Source of the DNA: Ophelia neglecta | Lineage: Eukaryota | Direction: 5' to 3' | Length of the DNA stretch: 64,000 nucleotides | NCBI GenBank assembly: GCA_965285935.1 | Contig: OZ260667.1 | Coordinates: forward strand, 65,782,001-65,846,000 | Part shown: piece after piece, positions 26,901 through 40,762 of the stretch | Layout of the letters: each line of letters starts with the position of its first letter | Numbering within the stretch: position 1 is the stretch's first letter | Notes under the pieces: generated by a model | The model's input: only the letters and a program-made list of their open reading frames with translations | Databases searched by the model: none | Told to the model about the DNA's origin: nothing | Made by a program: the position numbers and the translations under genes

Positions 26901-29275
26901 GATTAACTGGCCTGTCTAATGCTCTGAAATACATTGACACAATACAGAGACCATGCCTTGGAAGTTACTTGATAAGTTTTCAAAAGAATGTCTATTACAT
27001 ACTTGAAATTTGGTTTTGTGCTCAGATATAGGTCTTCCATGGTCTGTGTTACTTTAGGCGGGGCTGATTTGGGGCGTCTTATCCATGAACACTTAACATA
27101 TGTCTTCGCAACATGGCGATAGCTGAAAATCAAATGACAAAGTCAAAAAACTATGTATTTTGTGAGCACCTTCCTCCGTTGCCAATTATATGGTAAGGAC
27201 ATGAAAAAGAAAAAAACCTGTGGTGAAGTAAAGAGGCTGCACAATTTCCACTGGCAATTTCAAAACTATTTCCATAGGTAACTGGTAGTAAAATTGTAAA
27301 TATTCGGTTGCATCCCAGTGCATGCAAGGGTCCCAAATCAACCTTATTCACATACAGAGAATCTGGGTAGGCAATTCAAGCATAAAGGTGAACCTTGGGC
27401 TGCATACTGCAAATAAAATTACATATTCCAGTAGTCACAGGGAGAAATATTTAGTATCCAAAAGTACCCTTATCTTACCCATGTAGAAGAGCAGCAGCCA
27501 CATGATGACATGAGCTTTCTTGAAGTGGACACTCACATGTGCTATTGGAGATGCCATAGCTGTCTGTCAGATGCACCTACAAAGTTATAATGCACAAAAT
27601 TATAACAAGTTAACAAATAAAAACATTATGACTGAGAGGAGCTGCGGTGGTGAAGGTTGCATACCGTGCAACTCACAGTAACAAAATACAAATTAAAACG
27701 GGTGACCGAGGAGAGTTGTGAGTTACAACCAGATAACGATAAAATATGCAACAGACAATTGTTAAGATCTACTGCTTGTATACAAAACACATTTTTAAGA
27801 CTTCTAATTACTATACATTTTCATCTTCATGCCTTTTCATTTAGGCTAAAAGGCAAAAGGGCTTTGTCTATAGTCTCTTCTCCAAATATGGGGAGGGTCA
27901 GTAGTTAAATACGTATTATAGTTCAGTCTTTTTTTTCTCTCAGGGAAAATATTTCAGTGTTTCCTCTAGAGTTATAGGTATGGGGAGGGTATTATGTACC
28001 CTTATTTTAGAATTTGGGGTATTTTAATAACAGTGTTTTGGTTGAATTTGCCATTTTCTAGACACTCCACAGATAATTGACAAAGTCATGACAATTAATA
28101 TATAATACTTTTTTGTAGGGGGTCCCGAGACATTTTCAGGGCCCAATTTAGCTACAAAAATGCCGCTCTAACGAGCTGCAATGCCAAGCTCTACATTTTG
28201 TGTCAATATAAGCCAGAGTCTTAAAATTGTAAAGTCTGTAAATAGTGATAATGATACGTTCCTTGGCAATTCTGACACATACGTGATATTTGTTGTTCAT
28301 AAATTTCTAATAAAATAACTGTTTTATTTATCTCAGAATTGTAGAATTGTGTAAGAATTTGTGAGTGAAAATGCATCCGCAGATTGTTCATCTGACAGCG
28401 AAAAATGCCAAGTGAGAGCCTTTTTAGCATAAATGACCACCCAAAGTAGCATTTTTCTACATTTTTAAGCATTTGAAAGGCAGAGTATAACATAGGGTAC
28501 TCCCTATATACTGCCATACGGGTATGCTCCGCCTTTTAGACCCCCCTTTTAGAAGCCAGAACTGCTCTTTTAGACCCTTGTTTTCCAGCAAACCGCTCTT
28601 TTTGACCCTGTATTTTAAACAGCCGCTCTTTTTGGGTCTGTTTTGGTGTAGAGGTTTGCTATTTTTGGGTCCCCTATCCCTGGCCCAAGCCGCTCTTTTT
28701 GGGTCCTTTTATCTGTAGAGGTTCAGCTCTTTTTGGGTCCCATATCTGGCGCTTGGGTGGAGCATACCCACCAATGTTCAGGGCAAGTACCCCCCTCCCC
28801 CGGGATTTCACTATTCAGAACAGAAATCTGAACTATGACTTCCATAAAATATGTGGACATAATCTAATAATGTTATTCTGATTAATGAATATATAATCTG
28901 GTAATCGAGTAATTTGAACAGAAACTGATAAACATCTGCATTCGCAGTGCACCTGCTCATCAGCTGATAGTGCATTTGTTCGTACGTATTATTGGGGGCA
29001 TACTGTACTCAGTTAAAGCAGAGGCACCCTAGACCATTTAAAGTATGTGAAAGGGTGGGGAAGGTGATCAAGAAAGAAGTTGTTTAGGGAATATTTACCA
29101 TAACTTTGTAGCTTTTGTCTTTCATCGACGCCTGCACGTGAGCACACACAACTTTGCACTCGTCGTCGTAGACAAAACTCAGCACTCTGCCACAGGCAAC
29201 TGCGGCTTCTGATTTCCGTCTCATTTTGACATTCCCTTCGGTATAGTTAACCCAATACTGTAACGACACAGCCAT
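23942..29275 (-). CDS. SWIM zinc finger + YqaJ-like viral recombinase/lambda-exonuclease (PD-(D/E)XK) protein, 9 exons; ISL2EU-type transposon accessory gene
   Basis: Exons 29275-29099, 27576-27479, 27122-27003, 26923-26847, 26317-26163, 25845-25733, 25184-25048, 24650-24453 and 24160-23942, all GT-AG with compatible phases. Motifs: SWIM CECP..SSCHH; TVGQRTNPLW..VRKLRLTASNFG; WGITHE; LGASPDG; VEIKCP; YYHQIQGQL. An A8 run in the last exon shifts the frame (stop at 23991 as written; at 23942 if the run were A7). Confidence 0.9.
28493..28804. mobile_element. MITE (same family as 13019-13389, opposite orientation) in intron 1 of the SWIM-YqaJ gene
   Basis: Shares GGGTACTCCCTATATACTGCCATACGGGTATGCTCCGCC and GGAGCATACCCACCAATGTT..GGGCAAGTACCCCCC..CCCGGG with the 13-kb copy. 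Confidence 0.85.
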
Positions 29276-29529
29276 CGGGTACTATCTAAATGTATATAAG
29301 CTGCTGAAAACACAGGGACGTCGAGGTGAACACTGTTGTCTTGAAGATGAGGATCGGCAAGCAACCGGACACAGGCCCAGGCCTGACGCAACGTGAGCGA
29401 TAATCAAATAGGTCCAGAAGCCGAAATCCCGCGATGTCTCGCAAAACAATGGAAACCACTTGCGCGCCCTATAGGCAGAATGTGATTCCGGAGAGCTTTG
29501 ATCGAAGCGTCCTTCGGAGGAAGTGAATG

Positions 29530-29825
29530 GAAAAACCAGGGTCTCTCGGAGGGACAAAGGTAAAAAAATGAGGGGTCTTTCAGAGTAAGTCACTCGAAAA
29601 CAAAGGGGTCTTCAGGCAGGGATTTGTGTGAAAGGGGAGTCCTTCAGATGGAATTGTGAAAAGGGGGTCTTTCACAGGGAATTGTGAAAGGGGGGGGGGT
29701 TCAAAGGAATTTATAAAAAAGGGGGGTCTTTCAGAGGGCCTTGTGAGGTCTGAGGGAGCGACAAAAGGGTTATTTTGGGAGGCACATACCCTTATTCGTT
29801 TATATAGAGATTGCCCCCCCCCCAC
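29530..29825. mobile_element. MITE-like fragment with repeated GGGGTCTTTCA motifs
   Basis: Several degenerate GGGGTCTTTCAGAG units, and a GCACATACCC...CCCCCCC end resembling the 13/28-kb family. Confidence 0.45.
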
Positions 29826-30319
29826 ACACACACACACGGGGGGTTTGACACTCAGACATTTCCGATACAAAACAGTACTAATAATAGAACTGCCAAAGTG
29901 GCCGGCGCCTATTTTGATTAGAAAGGCTGACTGAGTACGAATAAGCGGTGATAAGCATCCTTCCTTCTCAGCGAGCAGAGTGACCCCTTTGTTACACTAC
30001 AGAACCATGTCTTGTTGTCAGGGCTAGAGTGTTCCTCCGGGGCGTAGCGCTTAAGACGGGTGTCTTTTTGTGTCACATATGTTTTCGGCCTCGTGGGTTC
30101 GACTCATCCCTGGGGTGGCACACCCTTTTTCATTTTTTACTCTCGAATGTTGCTTTCTATTTAAAAAGGCATGAATCTATAATGTTTCATTTAAGCTTAT
30201 TCTAAGCTTACAATTATATAAAAGATCTACATGAAGTGAAACATCAGTTCGGACCACCAAGCCTTCGTAGGTGATGGTGAACAAAGAAAAACAAGACATA
30301 GAGACAGACATGTGTTGGG

Positions 30320-30605
30320 TTACACTTCGTGGCTTGTTACATTTAGGGGTTCAGGAGACTAGTGTTAATGTAACTAGATGTAACTATCTGAAATGTAACA
30401 GATTGGGGGGTTGGTTACATTTGATGACGGCTACTTACATTTCGAGTTGATGGTTACATTTCGGGTTGGTTACATTTGGAGGCAGCACTAATAAACCCCG
30501 AAATGTAACCAGCCCCAAATTGTAACCGGTTACATTTGGGGGCAGGTTTTATTTGGGGGTTCAGTAGTGCTGCCCCGAAATGTAACCGACCACGAAATGT
30601 AACTG
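30320..30605. repeat. Repeat/MITE fragment built of GGTTACATTT(C)GGG motifs in both orientations
   Basis: Multiple GTTACATTT and AAATGTAAC copies arranged as inverted sets. Confidence 0.6.
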
Positions 30606-33600
30606 CCAATAAGAGATGTGGATGTTTATGGACACTAATAGGAAGTCCTATGCATGTAACCTGATATATCCTATGAATTTGATCTCTTTTCCAAGGTCAG
30701 ATTATATTATTAATAGACTTTTCATGCCACAATATTTGTTTGTCTGTGCTAGATATCAGAAAGAAATACCAGAAATATTCCATTTGGTCCAAGAAAAACA
30801 ACGTATATACCAACAATAATGAGAAGAAAAAAAGAAAGAAAAAGACCAGGATGACCCCACTAAGATTTTGACAAAATCGCTGGCGATAGGCATATGAAAT
30901 GTGTTGATCACCAATTGGAAGCTATATGTTTGGATATGACAGATAAAAGTCAATTTGACGTTTATTTCTTTTATAATTTCCTAGTCAGAATATTAGTCCA
31001 TTGATTTAATTAATCATTCATTCAAGATCCTATTGCATAGGATACATACTTTGTTTGCTATGGGAGTCTATTTGACAACATAACGTAAACATTTGGTGCT
31101 AGACCTGGACAAAGAGCAGACAAAGTCGATTTTTATTGGATTAAAAAATTACAAGCGAATTAATCATTTAGTCTATATACATTATGCAAGTGGTTACAAG
31201 TTTTGTGAAAGTGGTGCACGAGGTGTCTAAACATTGATTTATTGTTTTTTCTTCTTAATCTGTCAATTGAACTGTGTAGGGGCACTAACATATTAATAGA
31301 TTACCCATCAGATGAGACATTCGGCAGATTCTTCTAGTACCAGAGGTATATATTTTGCCATATGATTTGCATATTTTCCACGATTAAGTACATAAAATTG
31401 CCCCTTTGTCGCAACATTATACCAGTTTGTGAATAACAATTTTTATTCCATCGCCTTATTAAAATGTACTATAAAAAAAACCCAGAAAGTTAAGAATAGA
31501 GTGCATAATTATAAATCAATAGTAATATAAACGCTGCAAGACTTCTGATTCCTTTGTGCACACACCACCAACATTTAATTTGGCATTTTACATACAAATT
31601 CCTTGATTTTCATGTCCAGATCTGATTAATACACAGCTTACCAGAATTTGTTAATAGTGTTGGTTCATCACCACGTATTTTGTTTATTTTATTGGATTGT
31701 CTAATACATGTGTGCAATGTGATAATGGGCTTTGGTCCCTCTGGCACAACTCATTACTACTAAACCAATCATTAACACCAGGATTCCGTAAACTTTAGTA
31801 TACTCACTTAAGTGCAGCTAAGAAATATACAGTACATAGACTTCCATTCTCCATGCTCTTTTTTTAATACACGTGGCCAGAAATACATATTCAATAAATA
31901 ATACTCATTGTGTTTTGATTTACATTTCGTAAATCACGATAATTGCCATGCTGTTATAGTTTCTGCGAAATGGTCTGGGACATTCTATGATTGACAATTC
32001 CAAAGGATGTATCCGATACTTCCAGATAATACCTTGTAAAATCCTAACCATCTGAATTATGTTCTAGCTGCTAGAAATAAACTGGGGACCCTGCTTTAAT
32101 TTTAAGCCTTTGTCTTGCTTGGTAAAATTTAGTACGCCTATCCCTCCATAATTGTTATAGTCTGTTTTCCTCATGAATAGCCATGAACTCTCGACTTTGC
32201 GGTCGTCACTGCGTGGTGCTAAACTTGCGTGATATATATACATATATATGTTGTCGCGGAAAACGCGAGTGGAAGCGAGTAAACGAGAGTGAACGCGAAT
32301 CCAAATGCTTTCATATTGACATGGTAATTTCAAAAAGTAATAAAGCTAACTAAGTTATATACCTAACAAACTAAGTCATTTGAGAACATTAATGTAGTAA
32401 AGCTGAGTAATAACAACTACCAATCGTAATGACGATCGAGTGTATATTTGAAAGAATGATATAACTGTGATTTCTTGAATACCTCTTAAAAAGGCAGACG
32501 TTACTCTTACTGACACCATAACCCTAACTTTATAGTCCCCAAGTGTACCGTATTAACTCCTACCCTCACCCTTACCGTGACCCTAAAGTAATTACCACTA
32601 AACTCGGTGGGTAGAGATCATTGTGGGTCGACTTCATTGTCTACCCAAGTGTATTGATACTCTACAATTAGTATATACATTTAGTTTAGGACTGAAAGGT
32701 GACAACACTGTTGATACAGATGGCAGTTCTAAGAAAACGTCCACTGGCCGGTACATATCACAATGCCAGAGTGTCTACATCAAACGGTACATAAGGTAGG
32801 TGACTTCTCATAATGACGCCAGGGTGGCTAGTAACTGCATGCACTAGGCTACTTGTACCCATTCAATGGCCAATACCGGGCTGTAGGGTGGTGTCACCTA
32901 TCGGGCAACTCCTCAAGTTCATCGCTCATCGAAGGCATGAATACACACATAATGCCTGTCTCGAAAAAAAAGACACTTATGCCCTTTGTACCAACAAGAT
33001 ACCGTTTATAACTATCTGTGCTTTCACCTCCTCATTACTACCTCAATGTGTTACTACTACAATATAGAGAGTAAACACTGAATTTTATATGAAGAATGTG
33101 AAGGATTACAGCTCGGCTGTTCTACCTGGTGGATTAACTCCCCAATGGCCAAATAAGGTTATATTTACGCTGTTCTGTTGACATCCCGTACTTTTGAAGT
33201 CTCTATTTATAAAGATAGCTGCTAAAGAATTACCGAAATGTTGTGATTTATGTTATGATTTAATCTTTTAAAACTTCTAAGCATAATATTAGCCACACCT
33301 AACACATATCTCAGTAATACCAACAGTTTGACAGCTGGCAGTAATTGATGTAGGGGTAGGGATAATTTATGCAGGAATGTCTAAGGCTTGCTTTGACTGG
33401 TTCACTCTGACAAAGCAACCTAGTTGATTTAGCAGAGAAAGTGCTTATGATACTTTATTGAAATATTAAATAAAAATAAAAATATCCGACACATTTACGC
33501 GTTTAATATATAAATTAGAAATATTTCAAGCCTGGGAACATCTAAGCTTAATATATTTATGTACTTTGTCCCAAGAAGAACCTGTTTAAATTGACACTTT

Positions 33601-35188
33601 ATAGTCTATGTTGTCCATGTTTGCTAATTAACGGCTCGTCTATATACACATCACATATATACCTAGTGAGCTACCGCTCCGGGCTTTAAACCACAGACAA
33701 ACCTACCCATGAGACTACCTCACTCCCAGGCAGCCACACCAAGGCGCTTCAGGGAGCTTTACAACACAAAATGGCGTTTTTTATTAACGTTTTCTAGTTT
33801 TATTCCAGGTTTTTTTTACCTAAATGTTAATTATTCGGCTTCAGCCGAATAATGACTTTCCCGATTGTACATAACCTGGCACGTAAACATTTTTATAGCT
33901 GCGGACTTTAAAGGTTTGATTAGTTGTATATTTTTCACTTTTTATACCTCAGCTGCAAGGCGCTAGAGGTGTTATGCTTTTGTGCTATCCCGGCGCCTAC
34001 CGTCTGGTGTCCATGAATAATCGGCCTTTTACCCATGTATTGCCTGAAATTTTGATGGAGGGATACTACATTTATTGCTGTCCTCTACCTATTATACGGC
34101 ATTGACATTGAAAGTGTTTAACAGCAGCAAGCCTGTGGGGGGGGGGGGTTGATGGAGGGTGTGTCGGGGGGGGGGGGGGCTGGGGTTGGTGGAGGGTGTG
34201 GTTAGGGGTTGGGGGTCGGGTGTGTTGTTTGTCGGGGTGGTTGCGGGGGCTAATATGTGGGTGGGGTAAAAACTTTTCGAAGATTGGATCCAAATATTCC
34301 GAACCCGCCCCTCCACCCTCTCTTGGTAATCATGAGTGCTATGAACATGATTATACTCAAAAATACACAAGGGTTGTTGATGAAAGCCAAGAGTCCAATG
34401 CACACAAGTTTACACATTGTATGTCGGGAATGGTAATACGATAAAGTCCAATGTACAAAGGCACGTCTTATAGAAGGGCATGACTACTGGGTTGTCATAT
34501 TGTTCAATTCAGTACGAGTGTAAATGGATAAATTCCAGCATTAGTCCTATACGAGAATTTTGGCGGATAGAAAACAATACTGGGCCGTTTGCCGAAATTT
34601 TAGCGTACGACCTAATGCTTATGCCTCAAACACACTAGGATATTTGGACATATAAGCGTTGAACAGTGGCAAGATTTAGGCAGTCACTTGACTACGTGAA
34701 TGCGACTTATATCATAGACTCCACTTTATATACAGGAGTGTACGTAGAATATGTTTTCACAGTCGATGGCCTGGATATGAAATATAGAATTTGAGGTAAG
34801 ATCATTAATTATACAGTTTTTGACGGAGAACCACAGTTGTTTCTAGTAATATAGACAAAATATATTTGCCATACTAGCGAATTTGTACCACGCGGTTTTT
34901 TGGGCCGAGGGCCTACTTCAGTTGCTTTAGATTTTTTTGCGGAAAACTTTTCTAGTCTTCGTATTCCGTTCTGAATTAAACTGATTTTTTTTAATAAACG
35001 CGTTTTTCGAGATTGACTTTCGCCATTCGGCCAATGAGCTTGTCATTCACGCGACAAATTAAGAGCTTTGAAATTCAGAAATTCTTTGAAAAGGCCAGTA
35101 CAGGCCCACAACCATCGCAATATTTAAACCACTTGCAGGCTAAGGCCTATTTTGCATTACATGTATCTGTTGTGGTAATGGACCTGTC

Positions 35189-35208
35189 GCTGCCGTTACC
35201 TAGCGGTC
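35189..35208 (-). promoter_or_regulatory. CTCF-like motif, copy 1
   Basis: Minus strand GACCGCTAGGTAACGGCAGC, compared with the CTCF core CCRSYAGRKGGCRS. Confidence 0.4.
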
Positions 35209-38200
35209 ATTGGACATGCTCTGGTAGCCGTTGAGATACCATTTCAGCCGACAGAAACACCTTCTTAATAGCCATGCATTGAAATGATTCGTATCTGGTG
35301 TTTTTCAAATTATAATTCAGTACACCATGGCTCCTTGCCAAGCACGATTGTAGTAAACATGCCCTGGTACATTGGTCTTGTTGTCAAGCAGTGTAGGGAC
35401 GGATTAACAGGAACAAGCGGATTCCGGGCCATTTTTCTCCAAATAAATTTCCAACAGCCACCCTCTTGATGTAAACAACTATCTAATATCCTTCAAGGGA
35501 AAGTGGAGCCCTTAATCAAACCATAACTCCGTCCCTTATAGCCCCTGTTTAAATAACACTAAATTCATACTGTTTCCTGATAACAGACCGTTGAACATGA
35601 CGCGTTGAGTTTTGGCTGTATTTGCCAGATAAACATGCGACATTCATCAATGAAAACATACAAACCTGTTCAGGCGTGAGGTCTATTGAATGTATGATAC
35701 ATGGGTGTTTCATGTATACTACAGACCCAGCTCTCACCGCATTTAATGTACTTTATTATACTCGTACTGGTCTACTTTGGAAAACAAGTTAAAGATGCAT
35801 GTGTATGCAATAAAAATATACGTATTTGGTGTAACTTTTGCATACTAATGTAAAGATTGAACGATAATGTCAGGATTGGTACTTTGTGCTTTTATTCAGA
35901 GTCACCACAACCTCGGTCGTTTAAATATATTAAGTAGCGTTGACTTCTGAGGGACCCGTGTTAATAGATATACATGTGTTGATAAAAGGCCCCGTTTACG
36001 CATATAAAGTGTATGATTTTATTTCAGTTATAGCCACCAGAAACCATAATTTTTCTGTCAAGTACTATAAACCGGGAAATATTCATGATAGGATATATAA
36101 TGGTTTAAATTAATGTATTGATGCCGGCAGCAGCTGCACCCTGTACCCGGATTACAGTTACACAAAGAAAACAATACGATATTTTCTTGACAGTGAACTT
36201 TTACAGGAGTAGCACACGATGTTTGTTCAGTAGGTAAATCTTGTTTACCTTTTAATGTTAATTGATTGCTGTGGGAAATGCAAATCCCCTGAAAATTGAC
36301 TGCATGTAATAACTTCAGGTATTCTAACGTGGCTGTAAAAACTACACATGTACATGTATATATCAATATGAGCGGGTAAAGAAAAGGCAGCACTAGCGGG
36401 TGTATTGGCTGGCGGCGGTTGAGGATCCAGAACCAGGTATTTACAATTTACTCAAACCCTTGAATGACACATCAATGCTCCCGGACTGACTGTCAAGTGT
36501 CAACCACCTCACAGCCTCCACAGCCTTAAAGAGAAACATAGCTTCGCTCTGCAGACGCTATTAAAGTTATAGTTCAGCACTGTGCGGACAAAGGCTGTCC
36601 TGTCTGTTTTCTCTGGTATCGTAATGGCCATTAGTATTGGAATGTTTCATATATCTTGGCGTAGGTAGGCCGCACCTACTACATGTCCGGGTTTGCTATG
36701 CATATCCTTTATAGTGCACGGACGGATTAAGGGGACAGGCATAGGGGACCGGACCCCTTTTTTGACTATTTATCCCGCAGACTTGAAATACACACAAGTC
36801 CCACAAACTACAAGTGACAGATGACCAAGCATTTCGAGAATCATAGATCCGCCCCGGGAGGACTTTATGTACATTACACTATTTAAACACTGCTACGCGG
36901 TAAATGACAGGTTGTTAAACAGTAAACGGCTGTTAGGCATTGTTTGAACCTCAATGACGTTCATCGTTGTGTGAACCTGGTGACCTTTAGTTGCCTCGTA
37001 TCTTTGTTTTGCTATTGAACTGTTGGATGCTGCCTCCTGGAGGCCATTATAGATAACAACAGCATTCTGTTTATCGACGGCTGTGCTTTGACAATTATAT
37101 ATAATAGAAATAGTATTGCAATCCGATATATATTGTGCAATAGCAATCCTATCATGTTAGGAGGCAGGTTTACCTAGGTCTGTGCAAAGTCCCATTATTG
37201 AAAATATGGCTTGCTATGTTGGACATGCAAATGTATAACGGGTTTCGATAACACGGCAAAGAAGACATAGTAATATTTATTTGCATGAACTTTACTATGG
37301 TCATATTTGTTTTACTGAGCAGTCGATATGATCTTAATCAGTTTTACAATTAAAATGATGTATATCAATAGTCAAGCAGACTATTATATTTAAAGAATGT
37401 CGAATTTGGGCATCTTTGACACAGGAAAACTTATTCTGTTTTAACATGATTATAAAATGAATTCAAATATATCAGTCGTTTTATATGCAATGTTTTATTG
37501 GCTATACTTCTTATCATTCTACCAATCATATTTCCTATCAAGGTCCGATTGCAAATACGAAAAAAAAAACTATTTGCAAGCCGTCACATGTTATAAAGGA
37601 AGACGGTGCTTGAGCAATGATGTCCGATTGGATACATATTTCGTTTTATATTTAGTACGACAATAAGCTATAAGTGTTTTTCAAATTATCTTTAGTTCAC
37701 GCCAGTTGTTAACCTGCATCTGGCAAATTATGGCAGATGATCCTGGGTCAATGTAAGCTTTGTTCACTGGTAAGGGTATTGAAGTTTCTGAACTTCACAC
37801 ACAGCGTAATGGTGGTACTTGTGTTTGAAACGTCTGCATTATCAGACATTTTTATAAGGCATTTAATCGTTGAATATCGGGGCTTTGCCACTTTGCATAT
37901 AGTTTTAATTTATTTTATGATTATTTTCAAAAGGCCATTCCTATAGATATAAGCAGTGTATGCAAATTCTGAGTGAATACTTATCCTCAGGCATAGCTGT
38001 AAGAGATGTACAATAACAAATCTTAGGCAAGGGGGGATGGGGAGGTGGGGGGGATTCTTAGTGGATATTTGTATTCTAGAGCATAACTATAAGAGGTGAA
38101 CAATAAGAAACCTGCCGTAAGGGGGGGGGATTCTGAGTGAATATTTATCCTCAGACATAGCTGTAAGGGATGTGCCATCCTCCATTCTCGAGGGTGACAC

Positions 38201-38606
38201 ATGAGTTGCCAGGTAAGAGGACGGACGTAGACTAGGGTCAATTAACATATTCATGTTTGTTCTTTTATATTTTCTTATCTTTTTCCCCTGAACTTGCATT
38301 TAGCCTTCGAAGAAAGTTTTGATCTTAGGCGACGGCTGTGGGGGCCGAGAGCGCGCATGAGGTTCTAAAGCTTTATATTTGGAATGGTTTTTGCGGTCCT
38401 CGTTTGCCATTCTAATTAAATCTGTTTTTTATAAACCAATTTATTGTTGATTTAATTCTTCGACTTTCGTCATTCCAGGAATAAGCTTGTCCTTTCACCA
38501 CATTCCTTCGCTAGTACAGACGACACCTGTCACAGTGTACAAACAACTAGTTGGCTAAGGCCCGTTTTGCATTAAACTATGTCTCTGTTGTGGTAATGGA
38601 CCAGTC

Positions 38607-38626
38607 GCTGCCGCTACCTGGCGGTC
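38607..38626 (-). promoter_or_regulatory. CTCF-like motif, copy 2
   Basis: Minus strand GACCGCCAGGTAGCGGCAGC, preceded by TGTAGAAC, which resembles the CTCF upstream module. Confidence 0.5.
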
Positions 38627-40742
38627 GTTCTACAATGAATTTTAAAGCCTATCGCCAATAAAATTATTTACTTTTAATGGACAGATAGCAGTCTTTCATG
38701 AACACAAACAGTTTATTGTCATAGGTCTGACATTGCAAGACTAAACCATTATTAAAAATAAAAAAACATGTAAAGCGTTTAATGTTATTTCAGTTGTCCC
38801 CAGACACTTGTCCTAGGCACTTCAGTTGTCCTAGACACTTTACTCCCTGTCGGTTAACCTTGTCTCTTTAAAATAATGTAAACAGGGAAATAGTCACGAT
38901 GGAATATTAGCACAAATAATTTCAAGTTCACATTTCAAGTTGCTTTACAAAACATTGCAGTGTCCATGTTATGACTTTCGGGGATTCTAGATTATCATTG
39001 CCTGTTGTACCAGAACACTTCCTGGATTACAGTATCACAAAGTAAACATAGCTCATGACAGTGCAAGGCCAGTGAATTATTACAGGAGTAGCGCACGATG
39101 TTTGTTCAGTAAGCTTATCCTGCCTAGCTTATACTGTTATGTGACTGCTAAGTGGCAAAGGTCAATCCTCTCTCAATTGAGTGTGTGTTGATCACTACTT
39201 GATTGTATTATCGCTCACATGGCTGTCAAATATTACACATGTATATATCAATAAGAGAGAGAATACTTTTTACTTTATCCTCAGACATTCTACTTTTATA
39301 CGTACAAACCTACCAAAGCTCCTATCACTCTTGTCAACCAGATGTTATTTGGCATATTAATTAGCGGGCGATCAAGCCTGAATTCTTAGCTATAACATCA
39401 TATCATGTTTCCATGACTTCGCTTGAAAGTGTTGTTTAATATATCGATATCACTGTATATTGTTACAAATGTCCTTACCTTAACACGTACGCGTAAACAA
39501 AGCATGCGGTTAGTTTAAAACGCACATCCAGAATGGTCTGTAGACATTTAACTATTTATGTTAGAAATTGTGACAAATATGCCCCGACCTGCGATGTAAA
39601 CAGACTGCGCTCTATCAATGACTGTATTATCGCTCAGTTGTAATGCATTGAGTTAAGCAAGGCGATAAACATAAAAAAATACAGCGCAGGTTATGTTGTC
39701 GTTATGCAAACAATGCAAGGCCAGGTTGGCGGACTTATATTTTGTGTGTTCAAATAGTGCAAGGCTTTATATCTCAAGGCAAGGAAAAAATGTATTCACA
39801 TATTGTAACCCATATTAATTCAAAACAGGACTTATATAGCACAAATCTACTTATGACTTAATACAATTTATACCAATTTTAACTTCGTACGACTCCTAAA
39901 TCATCCGTTTCATAAAAGTTTCGTGTACAAGCATGCTTAATACATTATATCACTGCCTATTTAACTCTGACCCGGGGGTCGCCATTGTTAACCATCATCT
40001 GTTGAGAATACTTCTAATCAAATGTTCGTGCAATGGGTCAAGGAAAGGAAATTTAGGCATTTAAGATAATTGTATGACATTAATTTTGTCGATGTGTTCC
40101 CGTTATGGTTCGACTTTTACATTCATTAGGCCTCGCATTATTGCTACAAATGTTTGTGTGAGCTTGTAACCGGCTTGAGGTCGTGTGGTGTTGCTTTAAT
40201 TACAGTTCACAGATATGAGGCCTTAAGTTTTCTTGGCATATACATAGAGGGATTTGCATGTAATTCGAGTTCCGACAGTGGGGACATTTTACCTTTCGGA
40301 TTTAATATGGCAAGATTCAAAAGTTTTTCCTTGTCCTTAACCACCACACGAATCTTATTAAGGTTTGGTTATGATTTGAGTCCACGAACAAAACAGGCAA
40401 ACATACTACCACCAAGATTCCTCTGTACAACACTCGGATATTTCACATCGATTTTTCTTGATGCATGGTTGTTTGTGATCTACCTCACCTTTTAAGCCCT
40501 GATACTACAATAACCCCCAACCCGACCCTATTAACTAGATTTCACCCAGGAAATTTGAAAACTTATTAAGATACTACTTTCCTTTTGAATTTAATTTAAA
40601 GGTGCTGGTCTTCTGCGCATCAACCACATATATCGCCTCTACAACTTCACACCATGATTAGAAAAAATGAAATCCGATAATATTCGAAGTACACATGATT
40701 GGGAGTAGATACTGATTTTCTGTTATCGGTAATGGACCGGTC

Positions 40743-40762
40743 GATGCTGCTACCTGGCGGCC
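40743..40762 (-). promoter_or_regulatory. CTCF-like motif, copy 3
   Basis: Minus strand GGCCGCCAGGTAGCAGCATC. Confidence 0.5.

Noticed and set aside
31640-32050. Possible minus-strand exons (TM-like GILVLMIGLVVMSC; lectin-like DWFSSNELCQ)
   Set aside because: Short frames with stops and no consistent splice model.
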